IMG/VR virus record: IMGVR_UViG_3300033145_001781
Span: 1 to 39,149 of that record
DNA length: 39,149 nucleotides
Strand: one strand, 5' to 3'
Source: a virus
Lineage: Duplodnaviria; Caudoviricetes
Under the pieces are notes generated by a model. That model was not told where the DNA came from. It searched no databases and saw nothing but the letters and a program-made list of their open reading frames with translations. Both the position numbers and the translations under genes were made by a program. The number at the start of each line of letters is the position of its first letter. Position 1 is the stretch's first letter. This document shows, one piece after another, positions 1 through 9,875 of this stretch.

Positions 1-114
1 ATTTGACCATTTCCAATTATAAGTGTGCCGGAATTTCTTGTACCTATACGACAGCTCGTCTCTATAACGAATTCTTGTGTATCATGATATGGTGCGTAAA
101 ACGTAACTACATAA
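1..114. repeat. Terminal direct repeat, left copy (assembly overlap of a circular genome)
   Basis: nt 1-114 (ATTTGACCAT...ACTACATAA) are identical to nt 39036-39149, and a minus-strand ORF reads through the junction. Confidence 0.97.
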
Positions 115-1631
115 CTCCCAGTGGCCGGATGAGTTACGCTTTTAATCATTCCACTTTGGTGTAATATCGTACTGCTTGCATCTATTTCGGCCACTACAAA
201 AGGTATCAATCCAGATATCATTTTTGATGAAAAACCTGAAGAACCATCCACAGGACTATTATCTGTATCATCTACAATAAAATTCCCTTTAAGAATTGCA
301 CCATCTATAATTTTATCTGATGATAACTTTAAAGATCGATTTTTTAAAAGTGTAAATGTTCCGGTATCATTATATACACGTCCAATACAACGCCACGGAT
401 GATAAGGATGATATAAACCTTTCAGATCTTCCCGAATATAATAACGTTCTCTGGATAAAAAGCGTTCTCCTATATCTGAAATATACAACCAATAATAAAC
501 TGTACTTTCTTCAGAACCAACATCTAAATCGTCCGGCATGATCCATTCAAGAGGACTGTATTTATAATCAATATTTTGACCATAGACACTTATTTTATTG
601 TTGGTAGAAATAGCTTCTATGGTATTAGCGCCTTTAATGGTGGTGCTTATCGAATTATACTCACTAAATTGTCGACCAAAATCAATAGAGCGTGTGGCAA
701 TACAATTGTTATTATCCATTACACACCAACCGATTAACATTCGATTAACAATTTCAAAAGATGATCCATTATAACGTTTCCACGTTTGGATAGTAATGTC
801 TAACCAATATTGTCCCACTGATAATGCACCACCAGTTAAAGATGTAGTTGGTTCTATGTTTGAGGTAATCGGTGTTTGATAACTGACATCGATTGTACTT
901 CCATTATTTTGCAGGAAAATCCAACCCAACTCAAGAAGAGTGATAGTAGCCCCATTAATACGTGTTCGTTCCAATGGATTACCAGATGAATCAAAGAAAA
1001 ATCCACGATAACATTGACCTATAGACGTTCCACTTTCCAAAACACCATAAAATATTTCATCAGCTACCAGCGGATTAGAAAAGGCTACAATCATACCTAC
1101 ACGTGCTGTAATTTCAGATCCAACAGACCCGATAGTTAATTTGGTGGTACCTTCTCCAGCATATTTTGAAAATTCTACGCTACTACCACCATAACTAGTC
1201 ACGCTAGCCGTATGATTTGAAGACGGTCCAGCGGTGAGGGAACTTCGAACTAAATCAGCGGAGATCGTTATCAAATCGTCTGCTAAAAATAATTTTAAAT
1301 CAGTGATAGCACCCTTAATCGTAAAAGATAAAGATGTCCCAGCGGCGCGTATAAAATCCGATTGATTTGATTCATTTCGTGTTTGACCCGATATTACACT
1401 ATTAAGTACGAATTCTACCCGTTCTTCATTGATCAGATTACCATTTAAGATTATATCATCCGAATAGATAGTTCCCCAGGGATATAATGCAGTTCCCAAA
1501 TCTTGTCCAGCTTCGGGTTGTCCTGAACTATTTCGGCCAATGAATTGATTGACTAACGCGTTAACAACATCATTGATATGTGTAGCTTGAACGATACCGG
1601 ACACCAATGTGTTTAAAATATTTAGACTCAT
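1..1631 (-). CDS. Tail tip/fibre-like virion protein, 5' part (about 569 aa in total; continues across the junction to 38957); absent from the ORF track
   Basis: ATG at 1631 overlaps the stop of the upstream gene (ATGA). Manual translation MSLNILNTLVSGIVQATHINDVVNALVNQFIGRNSSG...GQYWLDITIQTWKRYNGSSF... stays open to nt 1. 1631+79 nt = 570 codons. GQYWLD...WKRYNG is a tail-fibre-type motif. Confidence 0.85.
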   Translation of the reverse strand, partial: MSLNILNTLVSGIVQATHINDVVNALVNQFIGRNSSGQPEAGQDLGTALYPWGTIYSDDIILNGNLINEERVEFVLNSVISGQTRNESNQSDFIRAAGTSLSFTIKGAITDLKLFLADDLITISADLVRSSLTAGPSSNHTASVTSYGGSSVEFSKYAGEGTTKLTIGSVGSEITARVGMIVAFSNPLVADEIFYGVLESGTSIGQCYRGFFFDSSGNPLERTRINGATITLLELGWIFLQNNGSTIDVSYQTPITSNIEPTTSLTGGALSVGQYWLDITIQTWKRYNGSSFEIVNRMLIGWCVMDNNNCIATRSIDFGRQFSEYNSISTTIKGANTIEAISTNNKISVYGQNIDYKYSPLEWIMPDDLDVGSEESTVYYWLYISDIGERFLSRERYYIREDLKGLYHPYHPWRCIGRVYNDTGTFTLLKNRSLKLSSDKIIDGAILKGNFIVDDTDNSPVDGSSGFSSKMISGLIPFVVAEIDASSTILHQSGMIKSVTHPATGSYVVTFYAPYHDTQEFVIETSCRIGTRNSGTLIIGNGQ

Positions 1632-2812
1632 AATATAATGCCTGTATCTCTAAGTTTGAGAGTAACCTTAAAATTCGCCGTATTCTCAAAGAAACCTATT
1701 ATTTTGTAAATGATACGTGAATCAAGTTGTATATCGCCTATTTCAACCGGATAATATGCGCCGCCGTATTCGTCAGTCTCATATAAGGGTATTGGTTGAG
1801 CGACTGATGGTTGCAAAACTGATTTATAGGAGACGGTGACCCGATCTAATAACAATATATCCTTAGCAATTTCTGTTGAGATGACTATCTCCATTTCGAG
1901 TTTGGGAATAGCAAATTCGCTTAAAATGGATTGAGCGATCAATAATGACTTTGTATTATCGGTAATAAAATCCAATGTTATAGGCTTTTGTCTGACTGCA
2001 AATTCGTCGATAGAGTTTTGATCTTTGCTTTCTATTCCGTTCACTAATACACTATTGAACATTCGATGTAGACCGCTGTTTAAATTCATTACAGCGTGTA
2101 TATTATCTCGCTTATATTGGTCATTGTGAAAAAAATCATAAGGAGGATTATCATTAACATCTCTTGATTGCACGATAATATTATTAAAAGCATCGATATA
2201 TAAAACACTATTAGATGCTAATAATAATTTATCGAGTCCAACTTTTACTAATAAATTATCAAATTTTGACCCGTCGTCAATATTTAAGTCCAATTTAAGA
2301 TTTATATTATCAGGATCAAAATTTAAAATGGTGGTAATAAATGGTACATTAAGCATGACTCGAAGCGCTTCAGAAAAACTCACATCATCGATAATAGATC
2401 CTGATAAAATACTTATCTGCTGAAAGATAGAATCTAAACTCAATAAAGTAAAAGTTATCGTTTGTTGACTTAAGTTTTGTCGGGTTGATCTATCTGCAAT
2501 CAAGCCGCGAAATGAAATAGTTTCGCCTGAATCTGAATCAATAAATGATATATCTATTTTGGCCCGATCTCTATACCATGGAAATATAGATCGAGCATCT
2601 AAGTGTCTATCATTGAATTTTCCATCATAATTATTCAGAGTAATATTAATCGACCCATAATTAAAGACACCAATATCATAATCACCTTGATCTAATTCTC
2701 GTCGAATACCAGCCACACCAGCAATTTCAACATAATCAGAGATATCGGTAATATCTCCATATGTACCGGTACGTATTAATGGTGTCAATTCGATTTGATA
2801 ATCTAAAGTCAT
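1628..2812 (-). CDS. Putative tail tip/baseplate hub protein
   Basis: 394 aa, two genes downstream of the tape measure gene; beta-rich; ends in LLDRVTV...YKIIGFFEN...VTLKL, typical of hub proteins. Confidence 0.6.
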   Translation of the reverse strand: MTLDYQIELTPLIRTGTYGDITDISDYVEIAGVAGIRRELDQGDYDIGVFNYGSINITLNNYDGKFNDRHLDARSIFPWYRDRAKIDISFIDSDSGETISFRGLIADRSTRQNLSQQTITFTLLSLDSIFQQISILSGSIIDDVSFSEALRVMLNVPFITTILNFDPDNINLKLDLNIDDGSKFDNLLVKVGLDKLLLASNSVLYIDAFNNIIVQSRDVNDNPPYDFFHNDQYKRDNIHAVMNLNSGLHRMFNSVLVNGIESKDQNSIDEFAVRQKPITLDFITDNTKSLLIAQSILSEFAIPKLEMEIVISTEIAKDILLLDRVTVSYKSVLQPSVAQPIPLYETDEYGGAYYPVEIGDIQLDSRIIYKIIGFFENTANFKVTLKLRDTGIIL

Positions 2813-3741
2813 GTGATAGTTTCCAATAAACTAATAGACATATTGATCGGGTTAGAAGTCAAATTTCTGATGTATCGTCCCATAGAAAAACGATTAACCT
2901 GCATTTGATAAATATCATCTAAATTATAGGGTAACGAACTAAATCTATATTGACCTAATTCAACATGAGCACCACCCGATGGATAAAATAAAAAATCAAA
3001 AGGACTATTTCTTAAAAATTCCATCAATGTAATATCTGATTGTAAAGGATTAGTTTTAAGAAATACACCGCAAGAAAAAATAGGATTTTGTTTTTGTACA
3101 CGATATTTTCCATTAATCATTCGACTATTAATCCCATAATAATCGGTAGGACGCTGAATATCAGGAAAACTAGCAAATGTACCAGAGGCATTATCAACCT
3201 CAACAGTAGGGATAATTCGAAAACAGAATTTCTCCTGATTTGGCACATCGTGTAATTCTTGAGCGAGTGTTATATCGATCTTAAGTCCGGCGCAATAAAC
3301 AGGATCGAATTCATAGTAAGAGTTTTCAAAAGCATATTCAGTTTCTAATATATCATTTTGAGGAGTAGAATTATAAGAAGATGTAACGTTTTGAAAACTT
3401 AAAATACCACCATCATCTTCTAATTCATCCGAGACATAATCCAATATTTCATCACCTATATGGTCTAAAATAAAAGCAGATGTTACCGGATGAATTTCAA
3501 ATGATTTCCAATTATGATTGAGCAATAACAGACTGGATATTGTAGCGACTTCCTGAAATGTAATGATAATGGTTTCAGTAATAGTGTCATCAGTTCCAAT
3601 TGATTGCCAACGTGTTAACTTGTTAAAATCGATTAGATTATTCTTAGTACTTTCCCCGCTTGTAACTGATACCGTAGCTCCATCTTTCCATAAAGCTTTA
3701 GATAATTCGAAACATTTAGGATTTCCAGCTGAGATAGTCAT
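2809..3741 (-). CDS. Putative distal tail protein with a discoidin/carbohydrate-binding-like N-terminus
   Basis: 310 aa directly after the tape measure gene; NLIDFNKLTRWQS...IIITF...ISSLLLLNHN pattern. Confidence 0.55.
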   Translation of the reverse strand: MTISAGNPKCFELSKALWKDGATVSVTSGESTKNNLIDFNKLTRWQSIGTDDTITETIIITFQEVATISSLLLLNHNWKSFEIHPVTSAFILDHIGDEILDYVSDELEDDGGILSFQNVTSSYNSTPQNDILETEYAFENSYYEFDPVYCAGLKIDITLAQELHDVPNQEKFCFRIIPTVEVDNASGTFASFPDIQRPTDYYGINSRMINGKYRVQKQNPIFSCGVFLKTNPLQSDITLMEFLRNSPFDFLFYPSGGAHVELGQYRFSSLPYNLDDIYQMQVNRFSMGRYIRNLTSNPINMSISLLETIT

Positions 3742-3743
3742 TT

Positions 3744-6149
3744 TTATTGTGTGGATATGTTTAAATCAGTTTGTTCTCGTTGTTGTGCGCTGATTACAGA
3801 TGCAGCGTCTTCATTCAATCGTATATCTACAATTACTCTTTGTGGTCCTCTTTCGGAAACGGCAGGTTGTTGATCTTGTATTTGTGTCGATTCATCAGGG
3901 ATGATTGTACTTTCTGTTCCTTCAGTCTCAAGAAATGGAAATTCTTCTGTTATTCCGTCAAATACTTGTCGAATGGGAGGACCGCTACTAACACTAGTAC
4001 TCCTACGTACACAATCTCTAAATCCTTGTCTTGTGGAACCACTCGGACAATTACGAACACACCGCCATACATTTGGTCCTTGTTGACGTGCCGACCAACC
4101 AGCAGCACAACTTAATCCTCCAGCTGTGGCTGATGAAACGCCACTAATTTCTGATTGTATAATATCGGGATCGGTGGTCGGACCACCTACATCACCACCA
4201 CCGGTTCCAGTATCACCTACATCACCACCATCTGTAGGTGTAGTCGTAGTGGTGGTGACTGTTTGGACAATTTCAACGGGAATACTTACTGCCGGAACTT
4301 CTAATTGTTCAATTTCTCTGAATGTTCGTTCTATATCATCAACAACATCGTCCCCGAATTCTTGTTGAATTCGCAATTGATTATCGAGTTCATTTTGTCG
4401 AAATTCCAAAAGACGCCGGAAATGTTCAAGATTAGCACTCTCAACAGAACTTAAAAAATCCTTTTGTTCAAGTTCTATAATATCGTTGGTAAGACGATTG
4501 ATTGTCCGAAGGGTTTCTCCTTCTTTACGTTTCAGTTCAATTGTCTCTTCGCTGGCCCCTTCCGCTCTAAGTTGTAAAAGTTCTAATTCGTTCGCATTAA
4601 TTTCAATAGTTCTTTCCGCCAATCTTTCTTCAATATTTTTCAGCTCCTCGGCAGTAGCATTAGCGATTTTTTCACGTTGTTTCTTTTTATTAATATCAAT
4701 TTTTTGAATATCGTCGCTTGATTTTTCCTCTATTTTTTTAATATCAGTAGTGACTTTTTTATTAATCCGTTTTCGTTTTTTGGCAAAATCGGCTTCTGAT
4801 AGTCCTCGCTCCTCCAGCTTCTTTCTGAAAAATCTATTTTGTGCGTCAACTTCAACCCTAGATTGAATCAATGCTTTCGCCTCATCACCTCGCAAAGTCA
4901 ACAAAATAGTTCGAAAACCTTGGATTGCTTCAATGGAAATTCGGATAAAATCAACAGCTGCACTGGTCAACGCAATTATCACGTCCTTATTTTCAATTAA
5001 AATAGTAGTGATGTCACTTACAGCCTGGATCATTTCCGGTGCTAACTCTTCGCCGACTTGCACAAATAGGGTGTCTAGGCGATTTTGAGCAAGTTGTAAT
5101 TTACTAGCCGTTGTATCAAAAGCTAGTGCAGCTTCATCATTAAGTGCCGCCGCCGATTTAGAGGCTTTTGATGCTCGTTCTAATGCTTCACCCACTAATT
5201 CCGACCGTTCAGCTAATGTCGGAAGAACCTTTAATATTTCTTCACCTTTAAGATTAAAAACGGCTAACGTCTCAGAAACATTACCACCTTGCTCGTTGAT
5301 ATCACCTAAACCTTCTATAAATCGCTGAAATACGCCAACCGCATCTTCTCCAAACGCTTTAACCAGATCTTCACCTACCAGACCGGTGAGTTTTTCTAAT
5401 TGTTTGAACGATTTGCTTGTCGTATCTCGTATAGCTGTATCTATAGCGCGAAATGATCGACCGATAGAAGAACCACCCAATTCGGCACGGATACCAAGAG
5501 ACGATAGAGCGGCGGATAGCCCCGCAATCTCAGCGGAATTAAGATTATAAACAGCTGTAGACTTGGCGACTTCAGAAGCTACAACGGCTATTTGAGCCTC
5601 TGTAGTAGCGAAATTATTACCCAAATCGACAAATACAGATCCCAACTTATCAATTTCGGTAACACTTTCACCAGTAATACTAAGAATGCGACCAAAAGCT
5701 AAAGCGGCGGTTTCACCGGATAGATCAGTAGTAGCACCTAATTTTGCAACAGTTTCGGTGAATTTAAGTAATTCTGGTACTCCTTTGATTCCTAATTGAC
5801 CAGCAGCAGTGGCTATATCTAATAGTTCACTTTTAGCAACCGGAATCTCTTCAGATAGATCGATGATTCCTTTTTTAAACTTTTCAAGTTCGACACCTTC
5901 TAAATTAGTAGTTTTTGCTACAGCAGTGACACCAGTTTCAAATTGTTTAAATCTATCTATAGCAATAACCGCTTGTGCGCTGATAGCCGCAAAGGAAACG
6001 GCCATTGCTTTGCCGACGTTCGCCATGTTAGCTTTTAATGACGCACTTTTCCCTTTGATTTGTTCGTCGGCGCTATCAAGTGCTTTCTCAAGCTCTGCCA
6101 GATCCGCATTTATTTTAATAAGTAATTCTTCTTTTGATTTAGCGGCCAC
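3744..6149 (-). CDS. Tail tape measure protein (TP901-family core)
   Basis: 801 aa, Ala/Leu-rich and helical; FETGVTAVAKTT...ELLDIATAAGQLGI...LGNNFATTEAQI core; follows the tail chaperone gene. Confidence 0.93.
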   Translation of the reverse strand: MAAKSKEELLIKINADLAELEKALDSADEQIKGKSASLKANMANVGKAMAVSFAAISAQAVIAIDRFKQFETGVTAVAKTTNLEGVELEKFKKGIIDLSEEIPVAKSELLDIATAAGQLGIKGVPELLKFTETVAKLGATTDLSGETAALAFGRILSITGESVTEIDKLGSVFVDLGNNFATTEAQIAVVASEVAKSTAVYNLNSAEIAGLSAALSSLGIRAELGGSSIGRSFRAIDTAIRDTTSKSFKQLEKLTGLVGEDLVKAFGEDAVGVFQRFIEGLGDINEQGGNVSETLAVFNLKGEEILKVLPTLAERSELVGEALERASKASKSAAALNDEAALAFDTTASKLQLAQNRLDTLFVQVGEELAPEMIQAVSDITTILIENKDVIIALTSAAVDFIRISIEAIQGFRTILLTLRGDEAKALIQSRVEVDAQNRFFRKKLEERGLSEADFAKKRKRINKKVTTDIKKIEEKSSDDIQKIDINKKKQREKIANATAEELKNIEERLAERTIEINANELELLQLRAEGASEETIELKRKEGETLRTINRLTNDIIELEQKDFLSSVESANLEHFRRLLEFRQNELDNQLRIQQEFGDDVVDDIERTFREIEQLEVPAVSIPVEIVQTVTTTTTTPTDGGDVGDTGTGGGDVGGPTTDPDIIQSEISGVSSATAGGLSCAAGWSARQQGPNVWRCVRNCPSGSTRQGFRDCVRRSTSVSSGPPIRQVFDGITEEFPFLETEGTESTIIPDESTQIQDQQPAVSERGPQRVIVDIRLNEDAASVISAQQREQTDLNISTQ

Positions 6150-6831
6150 TTTTTATCCGGTTCTTTAATCGGTCGGTTAATAGATCGTCAGTAGATTTGT
6201 TGAATGACGATTTTAATTTTCCATTAGTCTCTGTTTTAAGTTTCATTTTTACACCATGAAACGACGCTATCAATTTTAATTCAGCTAAGTGTTTCAGTTC
6301 CTCTTCGTGTTTTACTTTGTTTATACGTTTTAAAATAGCGAATATTTGACGTTGGGTCAGATTATAAAACTGTTCGATGGTATATGGAATTTCTCTTGCA
6401 ATGATGACATATATATTCACCCAATCGATGCTGCTATTTTTTGCATTATCTATTTCTTGTAACTCTTCGATATTTTTTTGTTTTAAATTGTCGCGATCTT
6501 CCTGAGTGAAAACAGGTTGTGAATTGTTTATATGAATTGTTAAAGCTTTAGATAAATTAGAAAGAGTTTCATAATCATTTTCCGCCATCTTTTTAAGCTG
6601 ACATGAAGACGGAATTAAGTCTTTATCCTCCAATAAATCCCATAATACTTCGAGAACTATGTCGGAGTTTTCAATAAATTTTAAGCTTTGGATACCTTCG
6701 ACAGAGTTTCCCGATTCAGAATATCTAGCACCTATTTCAGTCATTTTCCCCAAAGAAAACGGCACGAGATAATGAACCATGCCGTCTATCAATACGGGAA
6801 TTTTGGGAGGATTAAATTCGTAATAATCCAT
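6139..6831 (-). CDS. Tail assembly chaperone (G- and T-like parts in one frame)
   Basis: Lies between tail tube and tape measure genes; C-terminal half DWVNIYVIIAREIPYTIEQFYNLTQRQI resembles gpT-type extensions. Confidence 0.7.
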   Translation of the reverse strand: MDYYEFNPPKIPVLIDGMVHYLVPFSLGKMTEIGARYSESGNSVEGIQSLKFIENSDIVLEVLWDLLEDKDLIPSSCQLKKMAENDYETLSNLSKALTIHINNSQPVFTQEDRDNLKQKNIEELQEIDNAKNSSIDWVNIYVIIAREIPYTIEQFYNLTQRQIFAILKRINKVKHEEELKHLAELKLIASFHGVKMKLKTETNGKLKSSFNKSTDDLLTDRLKNRIKSGR

Positions 6832-6832
6832 A

Positions 6833-7726
6833 TTACGCGGCGGCCACTGCTGTTATAAGCGCGACAGCATCTTGAACGGAATCATATAGCAATTTGACAC
6901 CAAGTGCCGATGTAGAAAAACCACCTTCAGCTAAAGGCAAAACAATACCGGCCTCCGATTTTGCCTTGTACGCTTCAATTTCAAAAAGTTCTTCGGTGGC
7001 CCTTTCTTGTGCCATAATGATCATACCAACCTCTGGAAACTGAATTGTGGATTGACCTAAAGTCAATTTTGAAATACCTCCATGAATCGGATAAGTTTTA
7101 AAAACCGCCGTATCATCCACCACCATTGCGACTGTTCCAGATCCACTGGTGATCTCAAGTCCATAATCAGGAACGTCTACCGTTGCCCCGGTATCAGGGA
7201 TTGTAAGCGGCGAAGCGGTGATTTTCAGCAAATCATTTTCATAATTGGTCTGGGTGCCGCGTGATTTGAAATTGATATCACTACTATAAAACAGATCAAC
7301 CGTTGTGGTACTCACCGCTTTTACGATAACAGTCCCAAATTTCAAATCCGCCTCATCACCGGTTTTTGGTGCAACAGAAGCAATCCCGGTTGTTGCATCA
7401 ACTACACTCGTTCCATTTTTATTAGTGATCGCGTCAACAGTTCCCGTCGCGCTGGCGGCAACAGTCGAAAGAGACGCCCCGGCAAACTTCTCAAAATAAA
7501 AATCAGGGTAGGATTTGACAGCGGCAGAAAATGCGCTTTCCAGACTAACCGTTTCATTAGCCCATGGAAACTTGTTTGAACCACCACGTAAATCAACAGA
7601 TGTTGCGCCAAAATTCAATTCTGAATCTCCTAATATTTTGAGGATTCCGAAGAATTCACCGGTCGATCTATCGTACGGTGCAATTGAATGAATTCCAAAT
7701 AATGATCTTGGGTCGGTTAAAGGCAT
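6833..7726 (-). CDS. Major tail tube protein
   Basis: 297 aa, Thr/Gly/Ala/Val-rich beta protein; strong RBS (AAGGAGG); canonical position. Confidence 0.75.
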   Translation of the reverse strand: MPLTDPRSLFGIHSIAPYDRSTGEFFGILKILGDSELNFGATSVDLRGGSNKFPWANETVSLESAFSAAVKSYPDFYFEKFAGASLSTVAASATGTVDAITNKNGTSVVDATTGIASVAPKTGDEADLKFGTVIVKAVSTTTVDLFYSSDINFKSRGTQTNYENDLLKITASPLTIPDTGATVDVPDYGLEITSGSGTVAMVVDDTAVFKTYPIHGGISKLTLGQSTIQFPEVGMIIMAQERATEELFEIEAYKAKSEAGIVLPLAEGGFSTSALGVKLLYDSVQDAVALITAVAAA

Positions 7727-7739
7727 TGATTACCTCCTT

Positions 7740-7958
7740 TTATATTACCCTTTCGCGTTTTAGGGTAGGGATTAGAAAACGAGGCACCTTTATTTTTTGG
7801 CCCTCTTTGAGAGTTGCAGAAAAATGAGGCGGGCAATTCAATGGATGATCACGTTTCGGTGTAATCTCTTCCATTTTCATATCCGGACGATTAGTTTTTT
7901 CTTGGGCGATTTGATCTTTTACAATCTCTTTTACGTCATCTTTTTTCAATTCGGTCAT
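7740..7958 (-). CDS. Small hypothetical protein (neck/tail region)
   Basis: 72 aa ORF translationally coupled to the upstream gene. Confidence 0.7.
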   Translation of the reverse strand: MTELKKDDVKEIVKDQIAQEKTNRPDMKMEEITPKRDHPLNCPPHFSATLKEGQKIKVPRFLIPTLKRERVI

Positions 7959-8431
7959 GCTATAATACCATTGATAAGAGCACCACCCACTTTATAAATA
8001 GGAGATTGCTCGTTTATTTGGAAAAGTTGCGGGATCATGGTTGATATTTTTATTTGTGAAATTGCACCTATGTCTTTGGAATGAGTTTGAATAATCTCCT
8101 CAATAGCCCGACTATAACGAAATGCCTTTTTTCTCCATGTTGAATCGTTACTATTAAAATTTTCAGGTGAATAAACCACAATAAACATAGAGAAATTCTT
8201 TGCTGTAACCGGACCTATACCGTCACTAGAGCTATCATTCATAGTGTAGTGAATGAAGTTTGTAACATTATTCACTTCTTCCGTGAATGTATCAAAAAAC
8301 GCATTAAGCGGAATGTCAGATAAAACGATACCGTCATTTTTTTCAGCATCTATTTCGGCTAATTTAGTCGTCAAATCCACTTTGACAAAATTGATAAGCA
8401 ACTCTTCAGTTTTCTCAAGATCAAGTTTCAT
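7955..8431 (-). CDS. Putative tail terminator/completion protein
   Basis: 158 aa; synteny between the morphogenesis protein and the tail tube. Confidence 0.6.
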   Translation of the reverse strand: MKLDLEKTEELLINFVKVDLTTKLAEIDAEKNDGIVLSDIPLNAFFDTFTEEVNNVTNFIHYTMNDSSSDGIGPVTAKNFSMFIVVYSPENFNSNDSTWRKKAFRYSRAIEEIIQTHSKDIGAISQIKISTMIPQLFQINEQSPIYKVGGALINGIIA

Positions 8432-8973
8432 TTACCGGTTTTCCAAATTTGTATGATTTCTTCATCGACCGTTTTAATGATCTGATCTACCATTTTGTCG
8501 GTTAGGAAAAGATATGGTCGTGCTGGCATTTTTGATGTTCCGTTTTGGACATAAAACGGATAAGGCGCACCACGTTTTGATTTCGCTTTTGTACCGATGA
8601 TGAGAGATAATTTTCCGATATTCAAAACACTATCAGGTGTCGATTTTATAATCGAATCTCTCAATTTTCCAGATATCCCACCACCTGAAATCTTCTTTCC
8701 TTTTTTTACTTTTCCGCCTTTAGCCCCCACTAAAATCAACGCCCCAGGAGCAAGTATATTTTTTCGTTTGACGTATTCCGCACTCAACGGTTCGTATTTC
8801 CCGGTTCCCTTTAAGATGAAATTAGCCGTTGAAAATTTCTTTATGATCCTGGCAGATTCACCCATTGAAAAGCTTAAATCTTTAATCTCTTTCTGGACGA
8901 TATCAAGATATTTTTTAAATCGTCCGTTTGGATCGATGTCAATACTAAGGACGGGTTTTGATATAGTCACCAT
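8428..8973 (-). CDS. Phage virion morphogenesis protein (Mu gpG / tail completion S-like)
   Basis: YEPLSAEY...GKLRDSI...IGT...YVQNGTSKMPARPYL motif. Confidence 0.85.
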   Translation of the reverse strand: MVTISKPVLSIDIDPNGRFKKYLDIVQKEIKDLSFSMGESARIIKKFSTANFILKGTGKYEPLSAEYVKRKNILAPGALILVGAKGGKVKKGKKISGGGISGKLRDSIIKSTPDSVLNIGKLSLIIGTKAKSKRGAPYPFYVQNGTSKMPARPYLFLTDKMVDQIIKTVDEEIIQIWKTGK

Positions 8974-9416
8974 TGTTGGATGTCCCGCTCAAAAATCGGT
9001 TCAACGGAATTAGTAGAATTGTAATCAGAAAACCCGGTTGCTGATGTATTTAATGGCGCGTCAGGTAAAAGAATTTTCCCCTCAAAAATACGTTCTAACA
9101 TTTTCGAAGACGTTTTAAATGCCGCCCCACTGTTTAAATCTTGAATGACGACATTATCCGGAAGCGGAATTTCTTTTTTTAGATTCAAAATTTTCGCCAC
9201 GCGATACGCAACAAAATCAATCTCAATTTTTTTGAGAATTAAAAGTGATTCATCACCGGTTATCGGTGTAACGTATCGTTGCGTCACATGAGCATTAATT
9301 AGCGCATCTGTCTGATCAAGGATAGCTCCCACTTCAGTATCTGTCAGTGCTGAATTTGAATCAAATGTAATTGATTTAAACTCCGACGCAATTTCTACAA
9401 CAGTGGCGTATGGCAT
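8967..9416 (-). CDS. Head-tail adaptor (Mu gp36 / DUF1320-like)
   Basis: MPYATVVEI...DALINAHVTQRYVTPI...MLERIFEGKILL pattern. Confidence 0.8.
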   Translation of the reverse strand: MPYATVVEIASEFKSITFDSNSALTDTEVGAILDQTDALINAHVTQRYVTPITGDESLLILKKIEIDFVAYRVAKILNLKKEIPLPDNVVIQDLNSGAAFKTSSKMLERIFEGKILLPDAPLNTSATGFSDYNSTNSVEPIFERDIQQW

Positions 9417-9421
9417 AATAT

Positions 9422-9802
9422 TTACCCTTCAACCTGAACGACTTGACCGGATTCAAGAAATTTCTGCAACAGTTTATGATTCGTCGGAAACGGTTCGCCC
9501 ACCTTAAAATCGGTTACTACATTTTTGCCTTCAACTATTTCGCCAAATTTAATCGCGTCGTGAACCATGTATTTTTCCTTGGAATGGTTTTTACGAAACG
9601 CAGCTTCAACTGAAAGTTTCGGCGGTGCTGGTCTGTTTTTACCTTCCAATTCACAAGAAAGTTTTTCAACAGTCTGCTCAAAGGAATCAAGTCGTTTGAA
9701 CATCGTCGCTTTTTCCTCTTCAGATTTTTCGAGTTGTTCCTGCAACTCCGTAACAATATCGGTTAGCTGTTCCCGAGTTGTTTCTTTAGTGATTTTTCTC
9801 AT
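9422..9802 (-). CDS. Hypothetical protein after the capsid gene (coiled-coil N-terminus)
   Basis: 126 aa ORF with RBS AAGGA. Confidence 0.75.
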   Translation of the reverse strand: MRKITKETTREQLTDIVTELQEQLEKSEEEKATMFKRLDSFEQTVEKLSCELEGKNRPAPPKLSVEAAFRKNHSKEKYMVHDAIKFGEIVEGKNVVTDFKVGEPFPTNHKLLQKFLESGQVVQVEG

Positions 9803-9817
9803 CGTTTCCTTTTAAAG

Positions 9818-9844
9818 ATAGGCGGTTCTCTTAATACCGCCTAT
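9818..9844 (-). terminator. Hairpin after the major capsid gene; probable leaky intrinsic terminator
   Basis: 9-bp perfect stem ATAGGCGGT/ACCGCCTAT with only a short U tail (CTTT) on the minus strand. Confidence 0.6.
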
Positions 9845-9875
9845 GATCAATTTTCATTGTTTAAACATGATTGAA

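Noticed and set aside
1-114. Terminal repeat as a biological direct terminal repeat or att site
   Set aside because: It is an exact overlap in the middle of a coding gene, as expected from assembly of a circular sequence.
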